A DNA stretch of 64,000 bases from Leucoraja ocellata. Taxonomy: Eukaryota. The position numbers and the translations under genes are program-made. Under the pieces are notes generated by a model. It was not told the origin of the DNA, did no database searches, and worked only from the letters and a program-made list of their open reading frames with translations. This document shows positions 12,098-25,327 of this stretch, piece after piece (the stretch's first letter is position 1; each line of letters opens with the position of its first letter). The DNA lies in NCBI GenBank assembly GCA_036785375.1, contig JAWMAR010000044.1, forward strand, positions 3,224,001 through 3,288,000, in the 5' to 3' direction.

Positions 12098-13966
12098 ACC
12101 AAGGCCTGACAGTTTCGTAGTCAAACCTCTTTGCTCATCTATCAGTGGCCTCCAGCGTATTTGCCAGTTGCAAAGGATGGGAATCCAGCACCTCCTCGAC
12201 CCAGTAGGGACCATCCAGGAACAGTACATTATAGGGCACAGCAGAGTATCTATGTATTCAATTGGACGTTGTATTCATCAGATTTATATCTCGCACCTTA
12301 CTGTTGTTTATTAGGGTGTTTACAGAGTTCTATGTTTGCATATCTGTTATTCTGCTGCAAGTAACAATTTCATTGTTCCATTTTGGGACAGAAACACATC
12401 CTTGAATCTTGACTCTCTTCACTTGAGGCAGGACAATGTGTGGCAGGTAATAGGTGGACACAGGCAAGCGGGGGATTTGATGGGCAAATGGTGAGAACAA
12501 AGGCCGGAGGTCAAAACAGGTGTGAGACAGACCGGTTGAAGAGTCGTGAATTGTGAGGCCAGAGGAAGGAATGCAGGAGGACACCATAAGAATTGCCATT
12601 CAGCCCATCGAGTCTTCTCCGCCATTCAATCATGACTGATCTATTTTCCCCTCTCAACCCCCTCAAAGGTTACCTTAAATTGTAGAATTCAATGTTCATG
12701 ACCTGACGTCCTGATCATGTTGAACCCACCTCTGGATATCCTTTAGCTTTTTGTCGACCTTTATGCATTCATCCATCCTACATGGCCGCTTCATGGTCCC
12801 AACTCTTTCCCACGAGTTTACCCTCCAAATACCCCCAACCTTTTTATATCTTCATATTTTTCAACCTCCCTTCCATCACTGTTATATCTTTCCAACTGCG
12901 ATTCTTGAAGCATGAGGCTGGAGTAACTCAGCGTGTCAGACAACATCTCTGGAGAAAGGAAATAGGTGATGTTTCAGGTCAAGATCCCTTCTTCAGACTC
13001 CTATTGACTGCTATTCTTGAAATGGTTGTCCTCTGCTTGGAACCTTCCTTTGTCAGTGACAACTTTGGAAGAGCTTAAATCAGGCAGGGTGTAACACACA
13101 CTACTCATTCACCAGCCCCAGACTTTCATGACCACCCAAGATTAAATTCGCCCTGTTGTGAGATTGGCAGAAATCAAAAATGCATTTCTTGGGACGTGAG
13201 GAGAAAATCCTAAGTTCTGTCTTGTTGTCCCTTATTACATTATTACATTTTTTTTTAATCTATATTGAGCAATAAGATAAATCATTGTCTCCTTGAAATT
13301 AACCCGAAACTCACCCCAAATAATGTTTCACCATCCGTGGACTTAATCAGGTTTCACTTTTCAAGTTATTTAAATTCTGTACAAATGGCTACAAATCATC
13401 TCATGCAGCAGCTTGTGATAGTTTTGACATTAATCAGCGTCTGTCTAGTGCCAAAATAAAGATTAATTTAAACTAACACCTATGGCCATTTAATATTGTG
13501 TTACATTTTTGAAAAAAAAAACAGGTCGGGAATAATTTACTTAAACAGCAAAATTTGCTGTAATTTTCAACAAATCAGTCAAATCACATTTTTTTATATA
13601 ATTTTCTCATACCTCACCTGTTTTTCAAACATATATGACAAAGTCAATGCTTGCAAATGTTGTGAGAGTGCAGTGTCTAATTTTGCGGTGCATTCCATGT
13701 AAAGATGACAGATACTGCAAAAACAGATGCCTCTCTGTTCTCTTTACCCCTGTGACTGACTCATCTTACCGGGCCCACCTTTCACCTGGAAGGTAGAGCA
13801 GTGCAAATGTAAGTTCATCCCTCACCTGAAGGAACAGGGAGGCTTCTACCCAGGAATTCATTAGAGCCTCCTTGGTTTGGGGTTTTATTGCCAGGAAGCA
13901 GCAGTAGTCTGACCCTGACCACATTCCTCCTCATCGAGTTGAAGTAGTAATTAATAGTAGCACTAT

Positions 13967-14360
13967 TAGAGAGTCATAAAGTCATACAGTGTGGAATCAA
14001 GCCCTTCGGTACAACTTGCCCGCTCCGACCAACATTGCCCCACCTGCCTGCGTTTGGCCCAAATCCCTCCTTTCAACCTATCCTTTCAATGTACCTGTCC
14101 AAATATTTATGTTGTGATAGTACCTGCCTCAACACTCTCCTCCAGTACCTCATTCCATGTACCTACCACCCTTTGGGTAATAAGATTGTCCCTCAGGTTC
14201 CTATTAAATCTTTTTCCCTCTCACCGTAAACCTCTTTGGTTCTCGATCCCCCCGACTGTGCAGTTACACTACCTATTCCTCTCATAATCATCCATCTCCA
14301 TAAGATCAGCCCTCATTCTCCTGCACCCCAACACATAGTGTTCTAGCCTGCTCTCCCTAT
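13967..14360 (-). mobile_element. CR1/HER1 LINE 3' fragment
   Basis: CR1 3' UTR and C-terminal ORF2 remnant (gtacatggaatgag...gagagtgttgaggcaggtac on the minus strand). Confidence 0.75.
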
Positions 14361-14619
14361 AGTTTATATATTGATACATTTATTTATAGGTTTATAGAGT
14401 AAGTTCATTATTAGATGTTCTCAGTTAGTTAAATACACAGCACCCTACCCAGTGCTACATACCACCAGTGATCTCTGGGTGAACAACACAATTGAAATAA
14501 TGAGATAAGAATTCACTTACTGACAACTACTACTTCCAGGGAATAACAAAACCTGAAGATGCTGGAAATACATAAAAAATGTTTCTTGGTATCCAAGACT
14601 GAGAACTGAATATTCTCCT

Positions 14620-14960
14620 TCTGCGCTCTTCCAACAGGCAAGTGGTACGGAAGTGTGAAAACGCACACCTCCAGATTCAGGGACAATTTCTTCCCAGCTG
14701 TTATCACGCAGCTGAACCATCCTACCAACAACTAGAGAGCCGTCCTGAGCTACTAACTATCTCATTGGAGACCCTCGGACTATCTTTGATCGGACTTTAC
14801 TGGATTTTATCTTGCACTAAACGTAATTCACATTATTCCCTTTACCATGTATCTCTACACTGTGGACGGCTCAATTGTAATCATATGTTGTCTTTCTGCT
14901 GACTGGTTAGCATGCAACAAAACCTTTTCACTATACCTCAATACACGTGACAATAAACTA
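14620..14960 (+). mobile_element. Rex1/Babar-like LINE 3' end
   Basis: ggcaagtggtacggaagtgtgaaaacgcacacctccagattcagggac...caataaacta; a reverse copy of the same tail lies at about 19440-19770. Confidence 0.75.
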
Positions 14961-16179
14961 ATATCTTGAGGAAGTAGAGGCAGAATAGCCCTATTAATGG
15001 GAGATATGGTCTGTTTGAACAACAAATTATCTTCACAAATTTTTTAAATGTAGAACTAGATCGAGTGGAGATAAGAGACCAAGGGAAAGGAGTTATTGTT
15101 GGTACTAGTCAATAGGCCCTCTTTAAACTACTTTAAACTACACAGTTAATAATTTTGAGATTTTATATGAAAGGTCCTGTAATAATCGTGGGTAACTTTT
15201 ATCTTGCTCTCTCCATAATAAATCAAATTGGCCAAGGCAGACTTGAGGGCAAATACATAAAATGTGATTGGGCAATTTCTTAGAATAATCCGTAATATAA
15301 TTTACAAAAGACCAGAGTATATTAGAATTACTCAAATGTAATGCGGCAGAATTAAATAACGATTTGATTAATAAACGATCCTCTGGAGAAAAGTGGTCAT
15401 AATCTGATGGAATTTCAGATTGAGTGTGAATGGGAACAGATCAGCCGTGATCTTAATGCATGGCAGAGAAGACATGAAGAGCCACGAGGTCTATTCCTAA
15501 GACCATACGCAACAGGAACACGCTCATAGTTCTGTCCATTTTGAATTCAGAACTGCTTGCCACAGTCAACAAGATTCTGCCTGTTATAATTCAGGGATAT
15601 GGGGAGAAGGCAGGAACGGGGTACTGATTGTGGATGATCTGCCCTGATCACATTGAATGGCGGTGCTGGCTCAACGGCCGAATGGCCTACTCCTGCACCT
15701 ATTGTCTATTGCCGATTGTCTATCTCATTAAGAAAGGACTCAATCACAAGAGTGTTCAACGTTTGTGCAATGGTGCAGAATTCATCACTATGTTCTTTTC
15801 TCATAATTTAAAATATGGAAAGGAATTTTAAATTACTTTAGGATAATTTGGTGCCACAAGTCCCTGTTACCACTTCTCCATATACTCCCAGCCATCCAAG
15901 ATCTATACCAACATAAATAAATGCCAAAGGTTGCTGCATGCCATTCTGGAGCATTATTGGCAGTGAAAGAGATCCACATTAGGAAATACAAGGCCATGAC
16001 CATTAGACCAGTCTACTGTAGTAAGGCTCTGTTAATCCGGAATTCAACTGTTTGTAAATCCAGATGATTCATTATCTATGTATGAGGGAATTGCAGTTGC
16101 TGGTTTAAGCCAAAAATAGACACAAAATGCTGGAATAACTCAGCGGGACAGGCAGCATCTCTGGATAGAAGGAATGGGT

Positions 16180-16207
16180 GATGTTTCGGGTCGAGACCCT
16201 TCTTCAG
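16180..16207 (-). ncRNA. Hammerhead-like core (helix III mismatch) in a Penelope-derived element
   Basis: CTGAAGA-A-GGGTC-TC-GACCC-GAAA-CA-TC. Confidence 0.45.
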
Positions 16208-18627
16208 ACTCCTACTGACTTACTTGTTAATCTGAATGTGAGACTAAGGTCCAGAGTACAACCGGGGTGAGTCGCCAGAGCCTGGGATCGCAATGTGGTT
16301 GGGGCCCGGCTTGGTGCCTGAAACTCCGAGGATCAGGAACTTGGGTGGGTTTGTGGCCAGATACAAGATTTGCCTCAGATCCTGAGATGCTCCATAATCT
16401 TTGGCCTGACCCACTGAGTTTCACCAGCATTTTGTGTCGATCTTCGGTATAACAGCATCTGTAGTTCCTTCCTGTGATTTGCTTGCAAATTTCCCATTTA
16501 CTTTATACTCACCAGGTTCACAGGAATATTTATAATATCACTGTGATGTTTTCAAACGCTTTGTTGTACAATGGCGCGTGTTGGGTTTTAGACAAGATAC
16601 CCCCAGTACTGTATTGTGTTCTGAGTATTGTTGTTCCTTGTATGTGACTAATTTTGAACACTAGGGCATGTCCTTTCTCCATCCTTAACAAGAACTCCAC
16701 AAGATGCTCCAATTTGCTTCAGACCTAGAGGGATGAATGACAGAACACTATTCTTGTGGGGGGAATGTAGCTTATCTCAAAGACAGTAGACAGAGTGAAG
16801 TGGCAGGATGTTCTTACACAAAACTAAATTTGGCTCCGGTAACAAGAGCTAAAGTCACAGCCTGCCGTGGGGGTACATTTTGTCTGACGGTTTCAAAGCA
16901 ATTAGCCAAGTTTCAAATTATTTAGTAGCCTCTGAGAAAATGAATGCATTACTAAGATTTATAATAGTTCCCCTATCACGCCTCCCTAGTTTTTCCTGCT
17001 CCTCTCCTGAAGGCATTGAATCCTTCCTGTGTTGTAATTCCAGGATGCCATTCATCTGAACCTCACCTAAGTGATTACAAGGGAAACCAGACAATGAAAC
17101 ACTACGAGCTATTTCAATGTTACAGGCAAGCACAGTCCTGCCCATGTTCAAGTCATATACAGCTAGTGAGTCACTGTGTGGAGAAAGAAGTCGGAACCCT
17201 GGCTGACTTTATGCCTCCCAGAAACATCAAGCAGTCATTAAGGCATATCTGCCAACACCATGACGTTCTCTTGGCCTTTCTGACTAGGTGCATGCATTGG
17301 ATACGGAGTAGCAAAGCACTATTCAAAGAGGAGTCAATGCAATTTCCCTCAAAAGGGACTCTGATGATGAAGATGATCGAGCAAGCAAATTGCCCTCTGC
17401 CCATCAGAGCCAAGGTGGTGCAATACACACATAATAAGATAATTGCAGAGTGGGAAACCTTAACAGGAGAAGCAGCCAAACTTCACCCTGACATTTTGCT
17501 GAGGTCGTAAAGCAATCTTTGACTTTTGGGCCAAAGCCAAAGCTGTCATTGCCTGAGGCTGACAGTCTAAATGTTAATGGGTTGAGCAATAAGGGACTGG
17601 GGAAGTGTATAGACATCAGTCACGAAAGGAAATGTTTACTGCTCTATAGAAACCAGGAGCCATCAATACTGTACGTTAACCTCGTATACCTTGCAAAATG
17701 GAAAAAAAAAGGAACATTTCTCAATATATAAAACTCAAACCATTTGGAAAGACATTACCAGTGGTATAATTGTGTCAATTCTTATGTTGTTGTAATCAGA
17801 ATATGAAGCCGTACAACATGTAGCACATCAAGTGCTGCAACGGGTGTCAATTTACTTTTTAAAAATGATCTCAGTATTAAATGCCAAGTTTCTCCGGATA
17901 TTTTGTGAAAACTATATTAGTGAACTACACACATGTCCCTTTGTGCAAACACACAATTTTCATCCTTAATGAAGACCTGGACACATGATAAGAGATTGGG
18001 GACATAGTTCAGTAGTGCATTATTAGTCAGATATGCAAACACACGGGGAATTTCTTTTTGCATATATTACACATGCTGGCACTGCCATTTTTGGCACCAT
18101 TATTCAGTCCAAAGATTGGTCGGCCCGCACGCTCGATGTACTGGAACAATTCCCACGAACCGATGTTCCTCGCCGTCCTTAAAGGCGCTGGTTGCATTAT
18201 CCCAGTTCACCCTCCTACCAACCCATTCCTGGTACAGCTCTCTCCTGGTCCAGGTAGATGGCACTGAGGACTCATGAGGGACTGACACCTTGAGCTTCAT
18301 TGGAAAATATAAGAAGGGTTCATTGGCTTTCGTAAACACTGATGTTTTTTTGCATATTTAAGCGATTAAATACCTACATCTCCACAATGGAGACACTATG
18401 AATCTTTAAAGGGAGACACAAAATCCTGGAGTAATTCAGTGGGTCAGGCAGCATCACTGCAGAGCGTGGATAGGTGACATTTTGGGTCGGGATCCTTCTT
18501 CAGACTGATTGTAAGGGATTGGGAAAGAGAGCTGAAAATGAGGATGGGCAGGACAGAAAATGGCTGGTGATAGGTGAATACAGTCGAGGGGAGGTTGTTT
18601 GATGGGCAGATTGGTGGCCTGGGATAC

Positions 18628-18975
18628 TCATGCTCATACGTGATAGGAACAGAATTAGGCCATTCGGCCCGTCAAGTCTACTCCACCATTCAATCATGGC
18701 TGATCTATCTTCCCCTCTTAACCCCATAACCCTTGACATCCATACTAATCAAGAATCTATCTACATCTGCCGTAAAAATATCCACTGACTTGGCCTCCAC
18801 AACCTTCTGTGACAATGAATTCCACAGATTCACCACCGTCAGACTAAAGAAATTCCTCCTCGTCCCCTTCCAAAGGGACCGTCCTTTTATTCTGAGGTTC
18901 TGGCCTCTAGTTCTAGATTCTCCCACTAGAGGAAACGTTCCCTCCCGATCCACTCTATTCCAGGTCTTTCACTAT
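18628..18975 (-). mobile_element. CR1 LINE 3' fragment inserted into a Penelope-derived terminal repeat (about 18413-19165)
   Basis: TFPLVGESRTRGQNLRIKGR...RRNFFSLTVVNLWNSLSQKVVEA (ORF 18705..18953). Confidence 0.85.
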
Positions 18976-20164
18976 TTGATGAAAAGGAAGGTTTGTGCCT
19001 GAAAAGGATAAAGAGTTGTGAATTGTGAAACTCAAGGGTAGCAAAGTTGTGAGTTGTGTAACCACTGGAAGGGATGTAGGTGGAGGGGGAGGGGAGAAAC
19101 CGGTGCAAGGTCAGCCAGGGTTCAGGGGAGAGGATCGGGCGAGAAGAGTGCTGTTTGTGGGCGACAATTACTGCATGTACTCCAGATATACTCAACAGAA
19201 ACAAAGCCACTTATTCCAGCATCTCTCATCACCCTGACAAAAATCTGTCAGCTCAGCAAAACCTAAGGTCCTCATGAATCGTCTGACACATGCACTTACT
19301 ATGCCAATGTCTGATCCATTCAAACAGGAACAATGCACTCCCCCTCAAATAAATGTGAAATATGTGTTATACTCTTAAAATGGTTGCAGTAACATAATAA
19401 TAAGATGCAACCAATGTGTCAAGACCAGAATGAATTAATTTAGTTTAGTCTTTCACCATGTACAGCGAAAGCTCTTGTTTGTTGCTTGCTATCCCGTCCG
19501 TGGAGACTACACATGATTACAATCAAGCCATCCACAGTGTGCAGTTAAAGAGTAAAGGGAATAACGTGTAGCGCAAGATAAAGTCCAGTGAAGTTGGATT
19601 AAAGATAGTGCGAGGGTCTCTAATGCTGTGATGCATCTGGATAAAATGCTTTCTACAAAGCAGCTGTAGAAGTTGATGAGAGTTTCTAGGGACATGCCAA
19701 ACTTCCTAAGCCGCCTTTAGGTGGTGTGCTTTCTTGGCCATTGCTTCGATATGGAGGGTCCAGGACAAATCACATGCATTACATCCAGATCTCTCTGGGC
19801 ATTTGGCTTCTTTTCCTGCAAAATGGACAAATGCACATTTCCCACATTATACCCCAACCACTTGCCAGATCTTTCCTCAATCACTTAACCTATACGTGGC
19901 CTTTTTATGCCCACTTCACAATTTATTTTCCTGTACATTGTCGTGTTATCAGCAAGCTAACGCTCAATGCCTTCATTTATTTAAATTGTAAAAAGGCTCA
20001 ACATCGATCCCTATGGTTGATCACTCGTTGAGCCTTGGCACCCAGAACCAGAAAAATACATTATTATGCCTAGCAATCACGAAGCAGGCAGTTTTACATC
20101 CACGCCAACATTATTCCTGTGACCAGGAGGGTTTCATCCAGGTGCTCTGGTTTCCTTTGAATAA

Positions 20165-20485
20165 TGGCTCAGTGGTGTAGCGGGTAGAGCCACTGCCTTA
20201 CAGAGCCAGAGACACGGCTTTGAACACGACCTTGTCTGTGTGGAGTTTGCACCTCCATCTTATAACTGTATTGGTTTCCTCTGACTGCACTGAATTACTT
20301 CCACATCTAAAAGACATGGCGATTGTTCACTGTAAATTGCTCCTTGTAAGGCATCTGAGAGGAGTTGATGGGAATGTGCGGAGAATAAAAATGTTATGTG
20401 GAAGGTTATTATGAATGGGTGGTTGATGTTTGGTGTGGAGCAGTGGACCAAAGGGCCTACTTCCATGCTGTATCTCTCTCTAAAA
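20165..20485 (+). mobile_element. V-SINE (HE1-like), diverged
   Basis: gtggtgtagcgggtagag head, tgtggagtttgcac core, ccatgctgtatctct tail. Confidence 0.75.
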
Positions 20486-21109
20486 CATATCACCTACACC
20501 ATGAGCTTTTAGATTCCACAATAACTTTGAAAATGTCCATTTAATTCACCTCTCCCAGAACGTTACCCGTGCTGAGAGCAAAGCAGGATCCTATAAGGTC
20601 ACACTAATGCTTCATGTCTAGTGATTATTTTCATGAGTAGAAAAAATGTACTGCTTTCTAGGTTTAAGCTTTCAAGGACAACAGCCCCACCACGTGTTAA
20701 CCAAGCCACATTACACACTTAGCTGCCAGTCATTGAAGTCTTAATCGTTTTTAAAAATCAGCAATAAATTTTGTACTTACTTATGAACTCACAGTCTACA
20801 CAGAATGTCAGGTTTTATGATTCATGATCCACATAGCCAGTTAACTTTTAAACTCCATCCCATAATATCAGCTGCAAACCATCAAATAATTAATTAATTA
20901 GATGGCTTATACTTTCATCTAATCTTTCACACACAGTCTCCATTCTGTACAGCAGAGCAAAATGCATGTATATTAGAAATTCAGGAGTGCAAATCCACAT
21001 TTGCTGCTCAGCGCCACAGTTGAGATCAGTTCAACATGAATGCTACCGCACTTCACGGTGATTGATTTCATAAACTACCAGCGAGTTGGCAATAGAAAAA
21101 AGATACACA

Positions 21110-21975
21110 TCATTATTTTTTCATCTATTTTTAATATAAACTTTGTACAAAGAAATGTGAAAAAATACTTCCATATGCTAAAAGCAATCCTGTTTCACAA
21201 GTTAGGCTAGCAAGTATGTTCTCAAAAACAATGGTAAATTTACTAGTGTCAATTTTTTTTTCTAATTTTTATTTTAACGTTGACTCATCAGGACTGGTTG
21301 AAAACTGTACAAACTGCTTGTATAAATCAGGATGAAAAATAAAAAAAACAAAAATATACACATCAGAAAAGCACTGGAACGATTCTGAACACAAGGATCA
21401 TCTCATATACATAAACTCCTGTTCAAAAAACAGACACTCCAAGAGGAAACAAGAGCGAACATGGGGAGAAGAGAAACATTGAGCAGCAAGACATACCTCC
21501 CTATTTTGTATTCCTTCATTAGAAATGCCAAGACATGGCCCACCCCCCATTTCATGCTTTTACATCACTGGATTTCACAGACTCCTACATATAAATATTA
21601 TATGCCGTGGTCCAACTACTAAAGGCTTTTTAGTTTTGTCGCATGCTGTATATGTTCCCCAATTCACTACATTTTCAGAAACTAGAGCCTACAATCTTCC
21701 ATCAAGTCACATTACAGGAAAATACCAACAGGGATGGAGTATCAAGAATTGACAAATTCTAGGAAAAAAAAGAAAAAATTGCCAGATGTGGTCGTCTTCT
21801 GTAGACTTTGCATAAATTCTTTTTAATGCTAGCATTTTGTAGTGTCACAAAAGCTCTGTATTATTATATACAAAGCAGATAACCAATGTGTCTGTTCAAG
21901 GTTGGAGAACGAAGGCAGTTCTGATGAATTCCCATGCAAAGTCTTGCTCCGTTATGCTGCTTTCTTCAATTGTCC
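21110..21975 (-). other. ZMYND8: ZMYND8 3' UTR
   Basis: Repeat-free and U-rich on the minus strand, with TGTA motifs, running to ATTAAA followed by GT/T-rich sequence. The end point is approximate. Confidence 0.75.
21130..21135 (-). terminator. Polyadenylation signal ATTAAA
   Basis: Minus strand reads ...tgtacaaagtttatATTAAAaatagatg...gatgtgtatctttttt, with upstream UGUA and a downstream GU/U-rich element. Confidence 0.7.
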
Positions 21976-22097
21976 TCAGATTAAATCTGGGGCTCTCAGG
22001 CTCTGTGGGCTTGCACAGGGGTCGTGGTCTGGGCGCACTGGACCGCAGGCTGCACAGTCGTTACTCCAACCGGTGAATTCGCCACAACGGGCATGAC
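21976..22097 (-). CDS. ZMYND8: ZMYND8 terminal exon, coding-homologous part (frame uncertain)
   Basis: tttttctgcacacag|GT CAT. Phase 1 reads HARCGEFTGWSNDCAACGPVRPDHDPCASPQSLRAPDLI*, resembling human HSRSNKSSWSSSDEKRGSTRSDHNTSTSTKSL. Phase 0 gives 33 aa ending at the stop at 21996-21998. Confidence 0.7.
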
Positions 22098-23112
22098 CTG
22101 TGTGCAGAAAAACAGTATGAAAGCGCTGAGGAATTGAAGTTCAATTGTAGTCAAAATCTACAGTCTGGCAAAATGCAAAAGTACAAAAGTTACTGTTTCC
22201 AAGCAAGAGCTGCTGTGTGGAGTCATGCGTAAAATATATGCTCATGGTGCTCCACCACTTAATGTGCCTGCTTTCATCCCAGACCGCACTGGAATAATAC
22301 ACCCTACGTTTTAATTTCTGTAAATGCCTTCCCTTTGCCAACTAGGCAATAAAGAGCAAAGGGAGACATAATTATCAGATGCAACAGCGACTTACAACAA
22401 GAATATATAATAACTACCAAGATAAACAACCGCATTTAAGCTAATAAAATGTTGGTGTACGTCACGCCCCCAAATATAAATCGGTACAGAGGCACAACAA
22501 ATTTACCAGTATTTACCACGTGCTGCTTCTTTCTATCTCAGCATTAATTAAAATAATTTACTAGGTCGTAAGCGGCAACAGTCAAAATGTTCAAGGTTTG
22601 GCGGATCAAGACAAAGACGGTCTGTTCAAATCAAATTTATTCTTAATCTGATTAACCGATGACGGTGTTGACAAAGCCACAGAAATACAACTGGTCACAA
22701 CGGTGGTCTCTCAACGAGCGAAGGGCAGAGCCCTGAAAACTGCGCAAAAACACGACCCCTCCCAGAGTCACGTGCGCGCGGATTCCAACCGCAGAGTTTG
22801 ATACTTGTTTGCGAGCACCAGCAGGTGCCACTACAAAGGAATCAAGGCAAACTTGTGGCCTTCCCCACTACCATACACCCAAACTAATGATCAATGAGGC
22901 TAAAAGAACACAGATCATTAGATTATTTTGCATTCACAACAGGAACTTCCTTAGCCTAAGTCCCCAGCTATGCACAGTGCAGTTGTCCACCTAATTTGAT
23001 GGCAACAGTAGAAGCAAAGCACAATAACACGCACAGCTCTTCAGCATTCAGTACCTCCTTGCCAAGAGGATGGGCAGTACTCGGCACATTCGTGGCAGAC
23101 TTGTTGGTCCTT

Positions 23113-23206
23113 GTAATTCCATTCTTTTTTTTTTTTTGTTTATTTTATTAGAAGTTAATACAGCACAAAACAGTACAGTGGCACCTAATTTTAGGTAATT
23201 CTATTC
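23113..23206 (-). mobile_element. 5'-truncated poly(A) retroposon (70 nt) with 12-bp TSD
   Basis: TSD gtaattc(c/t)attc at 23113-24 and 23195-206; the minus-strand insert ends in AATAAAATAAAAC-A13. Confidence 0.75.
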
Positions 23207-25029
23207 AATGTGGTAAAATCACTGGTGTAACTTTATATCAACAGCCAGCTACAACTCTATTCTTTGCATTGGCAAAAATAAAGCTTTTAAGAATTGACCT
23301 ATCTGCTAAGCTCCAACAAATTGAAGAAATCTCTAATTAGTTTTGTGACATGAGAATTTTTAAATGTTTCAGGTTCAAAGGTTAACTGCAATAACAGCAG
23401 ACATATGGTGTCAGCAAGGTCAACTATTCTAAGTGCTCATTCTTCCAACGGTAAACAGCAAGTTGCACAGTTGTTCAACTGATGTTAGGGAGCTTCCAAA
23501 CATTATGCTCTTAAAAATTATTCAACTTCAATCCACAATTTACTGTTCCATCAATTCAACCATGTTCAAGGCAGCCAGAGTGTAATCCCCCCCCCCCCCC
23601 CCCAGAAATAATAGACTTTGCAGTTGTTTGCTGCAAAAATTGAGATGAGGCGACATGAAAGGTGGGAGGTGCACTCTATAACTTTGCAGTTTTGCATTCA
23701 GATTGTTACTTTCTTTATGACTGCAAATTATTTTCAAGGTTAGTTTTATTAATGTGATAACAGTAACTAGCACAGGGCAAGCCAAGGGCATGGACAAGGG
23801 CTCGTGAATAATTATCAAGCTCTTGGCTTACATGAGGAATAAAAGTAAAGGACCCGTCGATCTTTTTGTTCCCAATATAAAAGACAGTATTCATCGAAAG
23901 GTTAAGTTTCATATCCTACCCATAATTCTGAGACCTTAGTTGTCCAAATAGCATCTAGCAAATGACACACTACAGACTATATCCCATGAACATCGAATAG
24001 GTACATTCACAAAAGACATGCCAATAAACACCATGCATCACCTGACTCTCCAACAAACCAGAAGCTAAGTAGAAATCTAAGAATTATGGATTTAGTAGGT
24101 TTTACACCACAAACCATGCGCACCTCTTCACATCCAGCAGCACTCCACTTTCTACATGAATTGCTGCTATACTCCTATAACGGTGAAGATGATGGCTTGC
24201 TTCTTTCATAACATTTGGATATGGCCATTGATCAAGTCATAAGCCATATCAAGCTCCATTTCCTCAAATTGAGTGCATATGTGTATAAATCATCATAACA
24301 TGATAATTGTTTGAATATCTCCCCTCATCTTTTAGGATAAAATTGAAGAGGTAAAGAAAGAAAACATTATTTTTTAGTTACTGATTCAGTTTTCAGATCC
24401 GCTACTGCCATCACGGCAAGCATTTACTGCACAACTATAATTACTATTAAACCTTTTGACTAGCTCGGCCAATTCAGGTATTAAAGAGTCAACCGCACAG
24501 GTAGGTCTAGAGTCATAGGCAAGCCAGACCCGGGTAAGGAAAGCAGATTTCTTCCCATTAGGAACAATGATGAACCAGATGTGTTTTCACGACTGTTTAG
24601 TACTAATAGTGGTCACTACTAATGTCTGTATTTTTCCATGTTGAGATTTGAACTCCTATCTTTGTATTATTAGTTCATCACTGCACCCATTATAATTAGT
24701 CTCGTTATCAGTTCAATTTTTTTCCAATACTGATGAAAACCATAAATATACAACAAGGCCACTCGCACAAACTGGCAATCTATAAGGCATGTGCTATACA
24801 CACAGAGAAAGCAACCGGGTCATTGAGATGGAGAAATTGCAACTCTGAACCATCATAAACAAAAAGGGAGAGCGGGAGGGCTAGAGCGACCGTGACAGAG
24901 AGTAATTGATAATGTAACGTCTTCACCTATGTTTCACATAGGGAAAATAACTTTGCAATCACTGACTTAATATGCTACCTGTTTCCTCTTCACAATTTCT
25001 GAATATCTCCAATACATTCAATGCTCCAA

Positions 25030-25327
25030 GGGCAGCACGGTGGCGCAGCGGTAGAGTTGCTGCCTTACAGCGCTTACAATACTAGAGACCCGGGTTCGAT
25101 CCTGACTACGGGTGTAGTCTGTGCGGAGATTGTAAGTTCTCCCATGACCGCGTGGATTTTCTCCGAGATCTTCGGTTACCTCCCACACTCCAAAGACATA
25201 CAGGTTTGCAGGTTAATTGGCTTGGCATAAATGTAAATGGTCCCTAATGTGTGTTGGATAGTATTAATTTGCGGGGATCGCTGGTCGGTGTGTAAAAGGT
25301 GGGCCGGAGTGTATCTCTAAACTAAAC
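25030..25327 (+). mobile_element. V-SINE (HE1-like), full length
   Basis: A box TGGCGCAGCGGT, B box GGTTCGATCC, V-domain, tctaaactaaa tail. Confidence 0.88.

Noticed and set aside
1-21100. EYA2 terminal exons expected from human synteny
   Set aside because: I found no EYA-domain peptide (for example MPFWRI) on the plus strand by eye. tBLASTn would be needed to exclude it.
25030-25105. tRNA-like sequences with A and B boxes, here and in other copies
   Set aside because: They are SINE heads continuing into the V-domain and LINE tail, not tRNA genes.
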